A stretch of 63,692 nt of DNA from Octopus bimaculoides (lineage: Eukaryota): NCBI RefSeq assembly GCF_001194135.2, contig NC_068982.1:51746378-51810069 (forward strand), read 5' to 3'. The notes under the pieces were generated by a model. That model was given only the letters and a program-made list of their open reading frames with translations, did no database searches and had not been told where the DNA came from. The position numbers and the translations under genes are program-made. This document shows, piece by piece, positions 13,561 to 27,000 of the stretch (within the stretch, counting starts at the first letter, position 1; the number at the start of each line of letters is the position of its first letter).

Positions 13561-14479
13561 ATATAATATAATATAATATAATATGGTTAGATATTTTTAT
13601 AAAACCCTTTCTAAACTTATGATCATAATGAAAATTAATTTCAATGCAGAAAGCTTTTGTAAATGATTGTCTAATGTGTAAATTGTCTAAGTCAAAGAAA
13701 TGTTAAATGCATTTGCTGACTGATTTCAGTCTTAGGCTATGTTCCAAATGCCAAAAATATTGGCTTTATCTTGGTAACATACAGTGAAGATAAGTAAAAT
13801 TTAAATACCCTGTTGTCTGAAGCTGATAGCATTTGTTTTTATAGACTGGGATTAATTTATTAGCTAATTAGAAATAATACAAAACATTTTTCTTACATGG
13901 TATATTTCCAGAAGTATCCAGTAAGGCTTGTGCCACAACGCCATATATATACATATATATATAGCTGCCTGAACAGAATTTGAAGAATTTTCCCTAGGAA
14001 TAATTGTTTGACTATGTTAGTCAATGGCCCCAAGATGAGTTTCACAACATTAATGTTGACTTAAGTCACAGGACAACTCTGCTTGTTTTACATGCCTTAA
14101 CATTTTCATCTTTCCTCTCTCCACTTCTCTCTCTCTTTCTCTCTATCTTTCTCTCTCTCTCTCTCTATCTTTCTCTCTCTCTCAGGTTAAAACTCATGCA
14201 TGGTGTTAAAAAAACAAATTATTGTGGTAGTTAGTTGTGTAACCAAAGACCACTTCCATTAGACCACCATATTTCAGATGTACTCTATTTTCTTTTTCCA
14301 TACAAAGCCCTCCCAATATTTTTCTTCATACTTATATACATTAGGTGCTAGTAGCTTTCTAGTATGATGTTTTCACTAAATAATCCTTCCAAATTATTTC
14401 TGGTTATATTATAGGATAAGATCTTGATTCAGGAGAACAGCTGCTACTTCATTATATGTAATTAGGATATGAGTGTGTA

Positions 14480-14538
14480 TGTGAATATGTGTGTATATGT
14501 ATGTATGTATGCATGTATATATATACACATATATATAA

Positions 14539-14600
<62 letters not shown>

Positions 14601-14995
14601 ATATATATATTTACACACACACATAATGTGTGTGTGTAATCTGCAGAAAATCTACATATTCAACTGTCATTGGGTTGGAACTACAAGAGTTATTATCTTA
14701 AGCTATTCCTTCCCTTACCATTATTCTTTACCCCTTGTGTTTGGGTTGGTCACAGAAAATGATCAGATAATAAACCACTTCTCACTTCCATGTTAGAAAT
14801 GCCCTTGGAACAAATCTAAAACCAAGAAAATACTTAACAGGTTTATTTTTTAAATACATTTTATTTGTATTAACACTTATTCTTCAGAGCGGCATAGCAA
14901 CACCTTTTTTTGTTTGTCTTTTGTATTGGTATTTTGTCATTTCATTGTATCTTTTCCATAGAGGATTTTCTGCTGTGAGGTTATACCTGCTCTCA

Positions 14996-15036
<41 letters not shown>

Positions 15037-15140
15037 CTACACACATTTGTACATACATATGTGTGTGTATGTGCATCAGTATGAATAAATATATATATGT
15101 ACATACACAAAAATGTGTGTGTGTTTGTGATATACACACA

Positions 15141-15186
<46 letters not shown>

Positions 15187-15312
15187 TACATGTGTGTGTG
15201 TGTGTAGGGTATAGCTTAAGTGTAAGACCACATATATATAGTTAAGATTTTGTTTAAAGATATGTCATTTTATAAGTATAGCCTAAGCTAGAATAGAGAA
15301 CAACTTTCAACT

Positions 15313-15343
<31 letters not shown>

Positions 15344-15345
15344 GA
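14480..15345. repeat. Cluster of (TA)n, (TG)n and (CA)n microsatellites
   Basis: Seen directly; accounts for the YI/CV/TH-rich spurious ORFs. Confidence 0.9.
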
Positions 15346-15529
15346 AAGGTAGATGTAATGAAAAATTTTGTAGAACATATATACTACTTTGAGTTCAGCT
15401 ATGTAATGTAGCTGGAATGTTTAAAAAATTATTCTGAATCATTTGAAAGAAAAGTGTTCAACTTCTATTTAACTCCAAGATAATCTTATATTTCATTATG
15501 AATACTGACTATTTAGCCTGCATATAATA

Positions 15530-15569
<40 letters not shown>

Positions 15570-16262
15570 TATTCTTTTATTTTTTCTTTTACTTGTTTCA
15601 GTTATTTGACTGCGGCCATGCTGGAGCACTGCCTTTAGTCAAACAAATCAACCCCAGGACTTATTCTTTGTAAGCCTAGTATTTATTTTATCGGTTTCTT
15701 TTGCTAAGTTACAGGAATATAAACACACCAACATTGGTGTCAAGCAGGGGGGGGGGACAAACACAGACACTCAAATATATATATATANNNNNNNNNNNNN
15801 NNNNNNNNNNNNNNNNNNNNNNNNNNNNNNNNNNNNNNNNNNNNNNNNNNNNNNNNNNNNNNNNNNNNNNNNNNNNNNNNNNNNNNNNNNNNNNNNNNNN
15901 NNNNNNNNNNNNNNNNNNNNNNNNNNNNNNNNNNNNNNNNNNNNNNNNNNNNNNNNNNNNNNNNNNNNNNNNNNNNNNNNNNNNNNNNNNNNNNNNNNNN
16001 NNNNNNNNNNNNNNNNNNNNNNNNNNNNNNNNNNNNNNNNNNNNNNNNNNNNNNNNNNNNNNNNNNNNNNNNNNNNNGAAGAAACTTGCCCAAGGTACCA
16101 CTCCTGCATGGCTGTGTGGTAAGAAGCTTGCTTCCCAACCACATGGTTCCAGGTTCAGTCTTACTATGTGGCACCTTGGGCAAGTGCCTTCTACTATAGC
16201 CTCAAGCCAACCAAAGCCTTGTGAGTGGATTAGGTAGACAGAAACTGAAAGAAGCTCATCGG

Positions 16263-16293
<31 letters not shown>

Positions 16294-18302
16294 TATATAT
16301 AATGTTTGTATGTCTGTTTTTATGCCCACCACCATGACTTGACAACCGATGTTGGTGTGTTTACATCCCTGTAACTTAGCAGTTCAGCAAAAGAATTGGA
16401 TAGAATAATTACTAGGCTTACAAAGAATAAGTTCTGGGAGTTGATTCATTCAAGTGAAGGCGGTGCTCCAGCATGGTCACAGTCAAATGACTGAAACATG
16501 TAAAAGAATATATAGTTATCATCATCATCATCATCATTTAACATATGATGATGATATCTAACTATATATGTATCATATATATATATATATAGTTAGATAT
16601 ATATATTTAGATATTTTTCTTGTGCCATTACTGGCCAACAGTGGGAAAACATTTTAGTAAATCCAATTTACAACGTATGCAAACCAACACTGGAACTTCT
16701 GGTTGCTAAAGTGTCTAGAATTAGCAGCTAAATCTTCTGAAGATCCTTCCCTACCATCTTGGAGCAGGGAGAAGCACATTGGTTCAAACAGTATTTGAAA
16801 GAAAGTAAAACAAGATGGGATGGTCACACCTAAAATTCTTTTCGATCATATATCTACTGAAGAACCATATACTCCTCTATCATTCTAAGAACTATTTCTT
16901 CTGCTGTTTTCTATTGAGGATATCTATTAACATTTAAATTAACGAATCCTTCTCATTCATACAAAGTCATTCATTTTGTCTAAGTTTAAAATGACATTAA
17001 AGCAATGCATGCTAATGAAAGGTATATAAAAAGGAATATCAAGATTATTAGACTTTTAAGATATTTAATTATATTATATTTCATCTGTAATTGATGGTCT
17101 CACTAGAGTTGTATATTTCCTAATGACTATAGGATTATTGTTAGTTAAATGTTCGGGGGTTTTTTCCACTTGCTCTTTCATATGTTTCTGTTTATTTCTA
17201 TCTCAATAACTTTTGTAAGTATTACTTGCAGAAGTACAGATTCAGAAATGTATTCTGCTTGCTATTCTCCTTTGTAGAGAAACCTGTGCTGGACTATCAA
17301 ATATCACTTACTTCCTACCTAGATAGATTCAAGAATATCAAATGGTTGAAGTTAAAGGATTGTAAAGGTTATTCTGGCTTGCTTTAATGTAAACCATATT
17401 TTTAGTTTGTTTTTTTTCTTTCCCCACTGGCTTTCCTCAATAATTCTTATTTCATTTTATTCTCTTGATATAAGCTTCAGTTTCCATTTGTAGTTAAACA
17501 TTAGACTTAGTAGTCAAAGATAAATTGTTAGTTTTGATCTTTTTTCAGAAAGCTGCTTTAGCTTAGTTCTCTTCAATTGATGTTTGTGTACATGTGTCTG
17601 TGTGTGTTATGCACAACAAAAAGCAGTATTAGATTAAAATAACCATCTGTATATCATACTTAAGGCAAATATATCACAAAAAGCCAAGATATATTTCTTC
17701 TGGATATACTGTGTTAAATAACACAAAAATATATCAGCAGCAGATGAAAATCATCCACCATCAGTGGTGAGTGTTCAATGCACATTTCTACCATCTGATG
17801 ATACACAGATAACTATTTTAATCTAATACTGCTTCTGTTGCACATAAATTTATATTCAGATAGGCAACTAATTGCAACATCAGTGGGTTTCTTTTTTTTT
17901 TTTTTCCCAATCAGTTTTTTTTCTATCAGTGAATACAGATTTTATTTTAACATAGGGTTGCTAGTGAGTACATACTACTAACAAACCCCCAAAGTAACAT
18001 AAATAAGCATCTAACATTCTCCTCTCTGCTTCTGAACTATTTTCTTCTGGCATACAAGTTGATGCAAGCATGTAGTGAAAACATTCAAACATCTTCACTA
18101 CCTTCCAAAATCTTGTTGCATTTCACATGGAATTCTTGGTCCTCCACAGTGGTCTGAAGGTATTATTCAACCTACCATTTTGGGGTTGTAAATTTTGGTC
18201 TGAAAAACTTGACTTGTATACTATAAATATATATTTTTGTGTTATTTAATAACAGTATATCCATTAGATGTATTCCCCTGAATCTATTTGCATACTATAC
18301 AG

Positions 18303-18344
<42 letters not shown>

Positions 18345-18509
18345 ATGCATTTGAGTATATACACATATGCACCTGTACATAAATTTTTTTTTAAATACTG
18401 TATCTTAAAACTTACATTTTTGCAAGAAAAAATTCTACTAGATTTTTTTGAGTCATTACTGATTGACAGTCACCACACTGATAATAGCTTTCTGACATAA
18501 AGAAAAGGC

Positions 18510-19128
18510 CAGAAATTTGTGAGGTGAGAAGTTAGTTGATTATGTTGACCCTCAATGGTTGACTGCTATTTTATTCTATTCTCCCCAGAAGATTGAAATG
18601 TAAAGCTGAATTTTGCAGGATTTGAACCCAGAATGTTAAGAACTGGAATAAATGCCACAAGGCATTCTCTCCAGTACTACAGATTCTGCCAATACACCAC
18701 CCTAATAATAAAAATAATAATCCTTTCTACTATAGACACAAGGCATGAAATCTTGGGGGAGGGAGACTAATCAATTACATTAACCTCCAGTGTTCAACTG
18801 GTACTTATTTCTTGAACCCCAAAAGGATGAAAGGCAAAGTCAACCCCAGCAGCATTTGAACTTCAGAATGGAAAGATGCTAACAATTTTGCTAGCTCACT
18901 GCCATAATAATTAGAATGGTTTCAAATTTTGGCACAAAGTCTGAAATTTGAAGGGAGGAATAAGTTGATTACATCGACACCAGTTCTCCACTGGTACTTA
19001 TTTTATCAAACCTGAAAAGATGAAAAGCAAGGCCAACCTTGACGGAACTTGAATGCAGAACATAAAGACAGGCGAAATATTGCTAAGCATTTTGTCCAAC
19101 ATTCTAACAATTCTGCCACCTCACCACC

Positions 19129-19160
<32 letters not shown>

Positions 19161-19375
19161 CCTCTCTGCTACAGGCACCTGAAATTTGGTGCGAGGGGAC
19201 TAGTCAATTTCATCGACCCCAGTGTTTCACTGGTACTTAATTTATTGACCCCAAAAGGATGATAGGCAAAGTCAACCTCAGCAGAATTTGAACTCAGAAT
19301 GTAGCAATGAGCGAAATGCCCCTAAGCATTTCGACTGGCATGCTTTCAATTCTGCCAGCTCACCACCTTAATAAT
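18510..19375 (-). mobile_element. Tandem array of about 4 family B SINE copies separated by (AAT)n
   Basis: Repeated GGTACTTATTTT..GGATGAAAGGCAAAGT..ATTTGAACTCAG..CTGCCA units, all in one orientation. Confidence 0.8.
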
Positions 19376-19756
19376 AGTAATAATGATCAAGATTTGTTAT
19401 TTTGATCAAGATTTGTTATTTTTCCAAAGCCAACTTATTGTTTCTTAAATTTGAAAAATATTATTCCTATAAAAATCATTGATCTTACTTTTTTTTATAC
19501 AACTGCAAACATTGTATTGTTCTCTAAAGGCTAAGAGCCATACTCTCCGTTTGCTTCCATTTACCTAACTGTGAAATAAGTTCTGCTCTTGTCTTATGGT
19601 TGAATAATTAGCATTAAGAAGGTATTCAGTTATCCTAATGATTTAAGCAACCATTTCAAAAAATTCTAGTGTTTTAAGAAGAATAATAGTAATGTTAACA
19701 ACTACTATATAAAAAAAAATAGTATAGTAATATTAACTCTCACCTTAGAACAAAGG

Positions 19757-19759
<3 letters not shown>

Positions 19760-19814
<55 letters not shown>

Positions 19815-19841
19815 GTTGTTGTTGTTGTTGTTGTTGTTGTT
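19760..19841. repeat. (TTA)n(TTG)n compound microsatellite
   Basis: Seen directly in the sequence. Confidence 0.95.
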
Positions 19842-21394
19842 AACACGATATTATATTAATAATGTTTGTGGGGTTGGTGGAAATTAGAATATCAGTATAC
19901 TTAAAATGGTTGTTGCTTGCTCTTAGGTCAGTCCTAATCATTCCTCAGATACTACCCAACCACCATGTCTTTTTTTCGAATCGTATTCCAGAATATGATT
20001 TATAGAAGATTTGGCAGTCATTTCTAGCAGATCGAATGACCACATAGAGGTTCCCTCATTGATTCATGATATAGTTGCATATATTATTATTAATGGGTTA
20101 AGCTTAAAGTTGGTTGAATTGATTTTGCAATATTTCCAGAATTTATTTTAATTTCTTAACCACCAGAGAAACCACTGATAAGACTTGAATTCAGGACATA
20201 AAAGAAACTAAATATTACAAAGCACTCTACCAGTTTTGTCATCTCCCACCAGCTGTAACTAGTCATCCATCTCCTCTGTGAATTATTCCTGGAAAAAGTC
20301 ATGGCACCTCCTCTGTAGGATCCTGTTTGAAGCCACTATCATTAGACTCTCTGGCTGGATTATCAAGCATGACCAACTGAGACTATGGCTGTTATCCAAT
20401 CATCTTGTTCTAGGTCTCCATCAGTTATGACGATGAGGGTTCCAGTTAATCCGATCAATGGAACAGCCTGCTTGGGAAATTAATGTGCAAGTGGCTGAGC
20501 ACTCCACAGACATGCATACCCTTAATGTAGTTCTGAGAGAGATTCAGCATGGCACAGAATGTGACAGGGCTGGCACTTTGAAATACAGGTACTACTTATT
20601 TTTGCCAGGTGAGTGGACTGAAGCAACATGAAATAAAGCATCTTGCTCAAGGACATGTGTTGCCAGGAACTGAACCAAATTCATAAGCCAAGTACCCTAA
20701 CCATTAAGTCACACACCTTCACTGTTCTTGATCTGTTCTTAGGTAAAATCTGCTGGTTGGATCAGCTTGAAGAATCCTTCAATTCTTTCCTGTGATTTCT
20801 CAATGTAGAGAAATAGCAGCATGACCTGGAGAAACAGCCTAATCTCTGAACTACACACCCTGTTGAGTAATGTTTCTCCAGAGATCCTTCAGCACCAATT
20901 GAAATGATAAGGAAAGTTTATTTTTGGCATATGATCACAAAGGGTTAAAGTGAATTGTATGTATGTTACAACATCACTGCTGCTGTTTGATCAAACACTG
21001 TTGAATTTGAACTCGGGGTTAATTAAAATGCAAACACTGTACCATTTCTGTTACTCACTACCCTAATAACAATAATTGTTTTATTCTTTTACTTGTTTCA
21101 GTAATTTGACTGCAGCCATGCTGGAGCACTGCCTTAAAGAGTTTTTAGTTGAAGAAATTGCCCCCCAGGACTTATTCATTGTAAGCCTAGTACTTATTCT
21201 ATCAGTTGTCAAGCGATGTGGGGTGGGAGTGGGGCAAACACACACACACACACATACACAAACATATATATATATATAACGTGCTTCTTTCAGTTTCTAT
21301 CTACAGAATTCCCTCACAAAGCATTAGTCGGCCCAAAGCTATAGTAAAAGACACTTGCCCAAAGTCTCATGCAGTGGAATTGAGCCTGGAACCA

Positions 21395-22375
21395 TGAGAG
21401 GGGGTTAATTATATCAACCTCAAAATAAGACTAGAACTGTATCTTATCAACCCCAGAGGAACAAAAAGGTTATGTTGACTGTGGCAAGATTCAAACTCAG
21501 ACTATAAAGAGCTATGATCAATAACCACAAGATGTATTGGCTTATGCTCAAGTGATTCTGCTTATTCACTGCACTAATATATACTAATAATAATTTCTAG
21601 CATAGGTGCAAGACTACGAATTTTACTGGTGCAAATTTCTTAGACTACACTAGGATTTGAAATCAGAATGCAAAGGGACATAACTAAATACTAGAAGAAA
21701 TTTTTTTCAAACGTTCTACTGATTCTGCTAACAATAATAATATACATAAGAAATTTGGCATAAAGGCAAGTAATTTTAGTGGGAGGGGTGTTAGTTGATT
21801 ACAGTGACTCCCAGTATTTAATTGTTTTTTTTTTTTATCGACCTCAAAAGGATGAAAGACAAAGTTGACCTTGATGGGATTTGAGCTCAAAATGTAAAGA
21901 GGCAGAACAAATATCACAAAGCATATTTTCTAATGCTCTAAGTTTACCAGCTAGCTGCCATAATAATAATAATGACCCTTTCTACTATAGGCACAAGGCC
22001 AGCAATTTTGAGAGCAGGGAGTAAGTCAACACCATCATTCCCAGTTCTAGACTGAAACTAGTTTATTGAGCCTGAAAGGATGAAAGGCAAAGTTGACGTT
22101 AGTGGGATTTGAACTCAGTATGTAAAGATCCAAAATAAAAACTGTAAGGTATTTTTTTCAGTACTCTAATGGTTCTAACAATCTACTGTCCAAATAATTA
22201 TAATAATGGTTTCTAATTTAAGTAAATGGTCAGCCATTTTGAGGGGTTGGGGTGAATCATTTCCATCAAATCCAAAACTTGGCTGGTGGTATGTACTTTA
22301 TTCACTCTGGAAAGACAAAAGGCAGAGTTGACCTCAGCTGGATTTGAACTCATAATGTAAAGAGTAGGAACAAGT
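21395..22375 (-). mobile_element. Second tandem array of about 4-5 family B SINE copies
   Basis: Same unit as at 18510-19375, with (AAT)n-like spacers. Single copies also near 28380, 30395, 39180, 40755, 43655, 47975, 50585 and 54220. Confidence 0.75.
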
Positions 22376-23972
22376 ACCACACTACCTAATTATAATGATG
22401 ATTTCTTAAACTGGGCACAAGTACGTAAATTAGTAATTTGATTGAATTGATCCCTTCCCTGGTATGATTTCAATCTGGAACATGAAAATGAAATACTACA
22501 AGGAATTTCCACTGCTCCAATACCTGTATAATTTCTATATATGCTTCAAAAATTAGCATGAGCCTGTGGAAAATGTGGAGTTTGTTGACAGCTGTTATTT
22601 TTTAACAAAGTCACATTTATTATTGCAAATTTTTCATGGATATTTTAAAAAACTAGACTACTCATTGAGTCACTGACAGTCCAGGTTATAAATCATTGAA
22701 GCTGATTTCAACATTGCATTGACAGGAAAGTTAATTTTATGATGATTCAGTTAAATATTCCCACTGATGTCACCATAGGTCTGATTTACAAGTTCATATT
22801 TAAGATTTTATTGATTATTTACAGCATCTAATAGAATTAGAACTTCCAAGATAAACTTGAACTCCAGTAATAGCATTTATTTATGGCATATGTGCATACT
22901 TCTACAAAAATGCAAAAGGAATTGTTATATAACGTAAGCATAAAATTAATGGAAACAATTTTCACAGTATCATATATTCCCATTTCAGGGTTATGTTACT
23001 TTCGGAGTATATTCCCATTATGTACCATTTTAGCTATTTATGAAGGTACCTCCAAAAACTGCGTAACTCTGGAATCCATGGTCTGATTTACGTGAAACTT
23101 GTTTTATTCCATTTGTATTCACATTTCAGAGGTACCTTACTTTCAGAGAATTTTCCCCATTATGCAGTGGTTTCGCTGTATTAAAGTACAGACAAGCACT
23201 CAAACAAGAAAGCAATCACAAAGTTTTAGTAGTATACAGATTTGAAAATAAATACCATATTTTCCATCATACTAGTTAATGTAGTATATATATAGTGTAA
23301 ACATTTAAACATTATCACCATCATTCCAAATTTTGCTGCATTTCACATTGAATCTTTGCTTCTTCCACAGGGGATCTATCTTATTTTGGTTGCAAATTTT
23401 GGTCTGCAACATTCAACTTGTATGCTGGAAAACATGGGTTTTGTAATGTTTGTTACTTGAATCAGTTGTTACTCTACATTCTGTAGTTGTTTCAAGGGTT
23501 ACAGATGGTTTGGGAAGAGCAGCAATAACTTCTATTGATTATTGTAACCTTCATTCCAGTAACATTAGACATACAACGGCCAATTTTAGAGATATAACAG
23601 AAAATTAATTCAGAGATATAAGAATTGTGAAGATGGGTCTGTGCATGATGACACAAACAAGATGAGAAAAATAAACAAATGAGATATATATTGGTGTACT
23701 ATAAATAGTAGTACCATAGGAAAGGAGTCACCTGATGAAAGAAATGAATCCAACTTTATTAATTTTGTAGATAGCTAAGTTACAAAAATATATACTTTAT
23801 ATATCAAAAATAAAAGCCTAAACAAGTTTACTGTGATATAAACTACACATGAGATTAGAAAATATTTTCAAATTTGTCTTGTTTTTTTATTTTCTACATC
23901 TGTTTTTAAGTCTCTCATTGTAGTTATCAATTAATCATATTTAGCTTAGCTGTGTATATATATATATATATT

Positions 23973-24004
<32 letters not shown>

Positions 24005-27000
24005 ATTATAATTGCCACTCTGCAATTTCTCATTTGTTTGAAGTTATCTTGGACCTTTAAATAAGCAGAAACTTGGTTTTATTTTTATTGTTATTTTATC
24101 ATTCTTTTTTTTTTTGTTTCATTGTTCTTTACCTATTTTAATGAGAAGTATTTTCAAAATTATTGTTATCAATTTTTTAGAAGTTTTATTAATAATGCTG
24201 TCAGACTTATTTTATTTATAAGCAAACAAAATCTTATTTAAACTCTACAAAATTCTTTATACATCTTCTCTGACACCTGCCTCTTTCCATCTCTCTCTCT
24301 CTCTCACACTGTCATTGTTTTCTTCATCATTGTTTTAGCATTCACTTTTCCATTCTTGCACAAATGAGAGTTTATTGACATTGATTTTTACAACTGGATG
24401 CCTTTTGTGTTGCCAACTTTCACTTGTTTCCAAGCAAGGTAATATTTTCCCATAACCGTAGTTTTGCAGAATGAAAATAAATGACTGATACTCATTTAGA
24501 ACTAGAATGCGATGTCAAGACAAGGAGACACAAACAAGCACACACACTTTGGCACATGCACATGTATACAATGAGCTACTTTCAGTTTCTCTCTACCAAA
24601 TCTACTCAAGGATTTTGTTGTTCTGAAGGCTGTTGTAGAAGGCATTTACCCAAAATGCCACACAGTGAACCCAAAAACCATGTGATTGTGAAGCAAACTT
24701 CATACCACACAACCAGATTTGTACCTAGTCTTTACAAAAAAAAATCATTCAAAATAAACAGAAATTAGAGATTACAAGTAATATATTTTCACAACACCTG
24801 AACACAAGCCACAAGAAATTCTATATTGTTAGGCTATTTCTAGATTTTCTTCTCTTTCCTATTATCAATTCATATTAAAATATATGAATTACCACATTAA
24901 TTCTTGCAAATAGATTTTCTTCATCACTCGAAAGACTTACAAAAATATATATTTTTAGGGAAATATTCAATACTAAACCATCATGTTTAGGTGGTTGGTG
25001 GTGGTATTTGTTACTAAGCATTTATTTTCAGGGATGGTTTATTTTAAATCCCTTTTGGATACTATCACTGTATATATAATTTTCTTTCTCTCCCTTCCTC
25101 TTCCATTGAACTATGGTTAATGACAAGAGGAACACCCCCACAGGAAGTACACTTTATGTTTTGTAAACTGTCAGTCAGGAAAATGTTTGAGCATTATTGT
25201 ACTGGAATAGAAAGGAAGAAGACAAGTGATGAGGAAGTGGGAGTAAGTAGAGACTAGTCAGCATTTTAAGATAGACTACACACACACACACACATATATG
25301 TATAGTCTATCAGCCTCCACCAATTCCAGTCTTTTTTTTTTTTCCTTCACTTCCAGATTTTGGTATTTTTGTTGCCTTTTCACATATCTGATTAAATGCA
25401 TTTAATAACAAACTATACATATATTTAGTCTGTTGTTTCTGAATTTTGCTTAGGTTAATTTAAACCCTCTCTCTTTTTTTGTTCTTACAGGCAGCTATTT
25501 TTGGCTGAGTGTTAATTAAATACAACTAAAATTTAAGAAATATATTTTACACTTTTATTCCAACTATTTTTAGATGAAACTATGAAACTCTTACCCACAA
25601 TGAAAATAGACCAATTATTGAAGGAATACATATCAAAATATCTTATAAAAATCAAGAAGGTGTTGGAAAAACTGACTTGATGCCAATATGTATTCTGTGC
25701 TAAGTTAGTTTGATATCATATTGCTGATCCACTTTCTTATAAGGAATAATCTTTCTTCCTAGTAATATTTACTTACCAAAATGAAAGTAATTGATCTACT
25801 TGCTTCAGTACACAACAGTGAGTAACAAACTTTGTATTTGAATCTGCTGATACATATTAAGAATAAATATGCAAATTATAATTTCAGATCATGCAGTAGA
25901 CAGTGCAAATAATGATTAAAAATTTTTTATGTGTATTGCATTCCATCAAAAACCATGCGGGGTGTGATATCCATCCTTCATATCTTTGAATATGACCAAA
26001 TTAACAGCTTTACTCATTGTGGGTCTTGAAGTAGCTGCTTTTTATTGGAAATGTGTTTATCTTAGGTTCTCCTTAACATCATGAAATTATGAAATTTTTG
26101 ATTCATAAGAAATAATATATATATATTCTCTCTTTTACTCTTTTACTTGTTTCAGTCATTTGACTGCGGCCATACTGGAGCACCGCCTTTAGTTGAACAA
26201 ATCGACCCCAGGACTTATTCTTTGTAAACCTAGTACTTATTCTATCGGTCTCTTTTGCTGAACCGCTAAGTTACGGGGACGTAAACGCACCAGCATCGGT
26301 TTTCAAGCGATGGTGGGGGGCAAACACAGACACACAAACACACATACATATATATATATATACATATATACATATATACGACATATATATATATTTAACT
26401 TTTTTACATTATTCTGGTACGTAACAATATGGTGAATCATAAATTATTCTCTTAAGACGTCAAATCAGCAAGTACTTGATTATTATACCATTTTTTTCTT
26501 TTAGCTGCTTTTGCAGATTCCCATGTCTTTCTATCGCCATCCAATTCCATTGTTAGGAATTTGAATTGGGAGCTTGAGTCATAGTGAATCTTTCATTAGT
26601 TGATTACACAACCATGGACACCACTTCTATGGATGCATTGTAGTTACTCCTTTGAGAGAGCTTGGTGATCCTAACTGTTAATCTAGGATTTGTCTGCTCA
26701 GCATCAATGTAAGAAGCACTGTTGGCTCAGTTGAGATCTTCCGCTATCTCTTCACAATCTGCCATGCTGCGGTCACATGACTTTGTTGTATCTCTAGCAG
26801 GGTGGCTGAATAGGTTCTATACCTTGCCAAAGGGCAGCCCATAACTATGCAGGGCATAGTTGTCACTCCATGAGGTATTTTCAAAATACCTACATACCAT
26901 ACTGAAAAATAAGTATTAACATCATTATAAATTCATTGAAGGGTGGTGGGTTGGCAGATTCATTATTATGCTGGACAAAATGCTAAGCAGTGTTTTGTCC

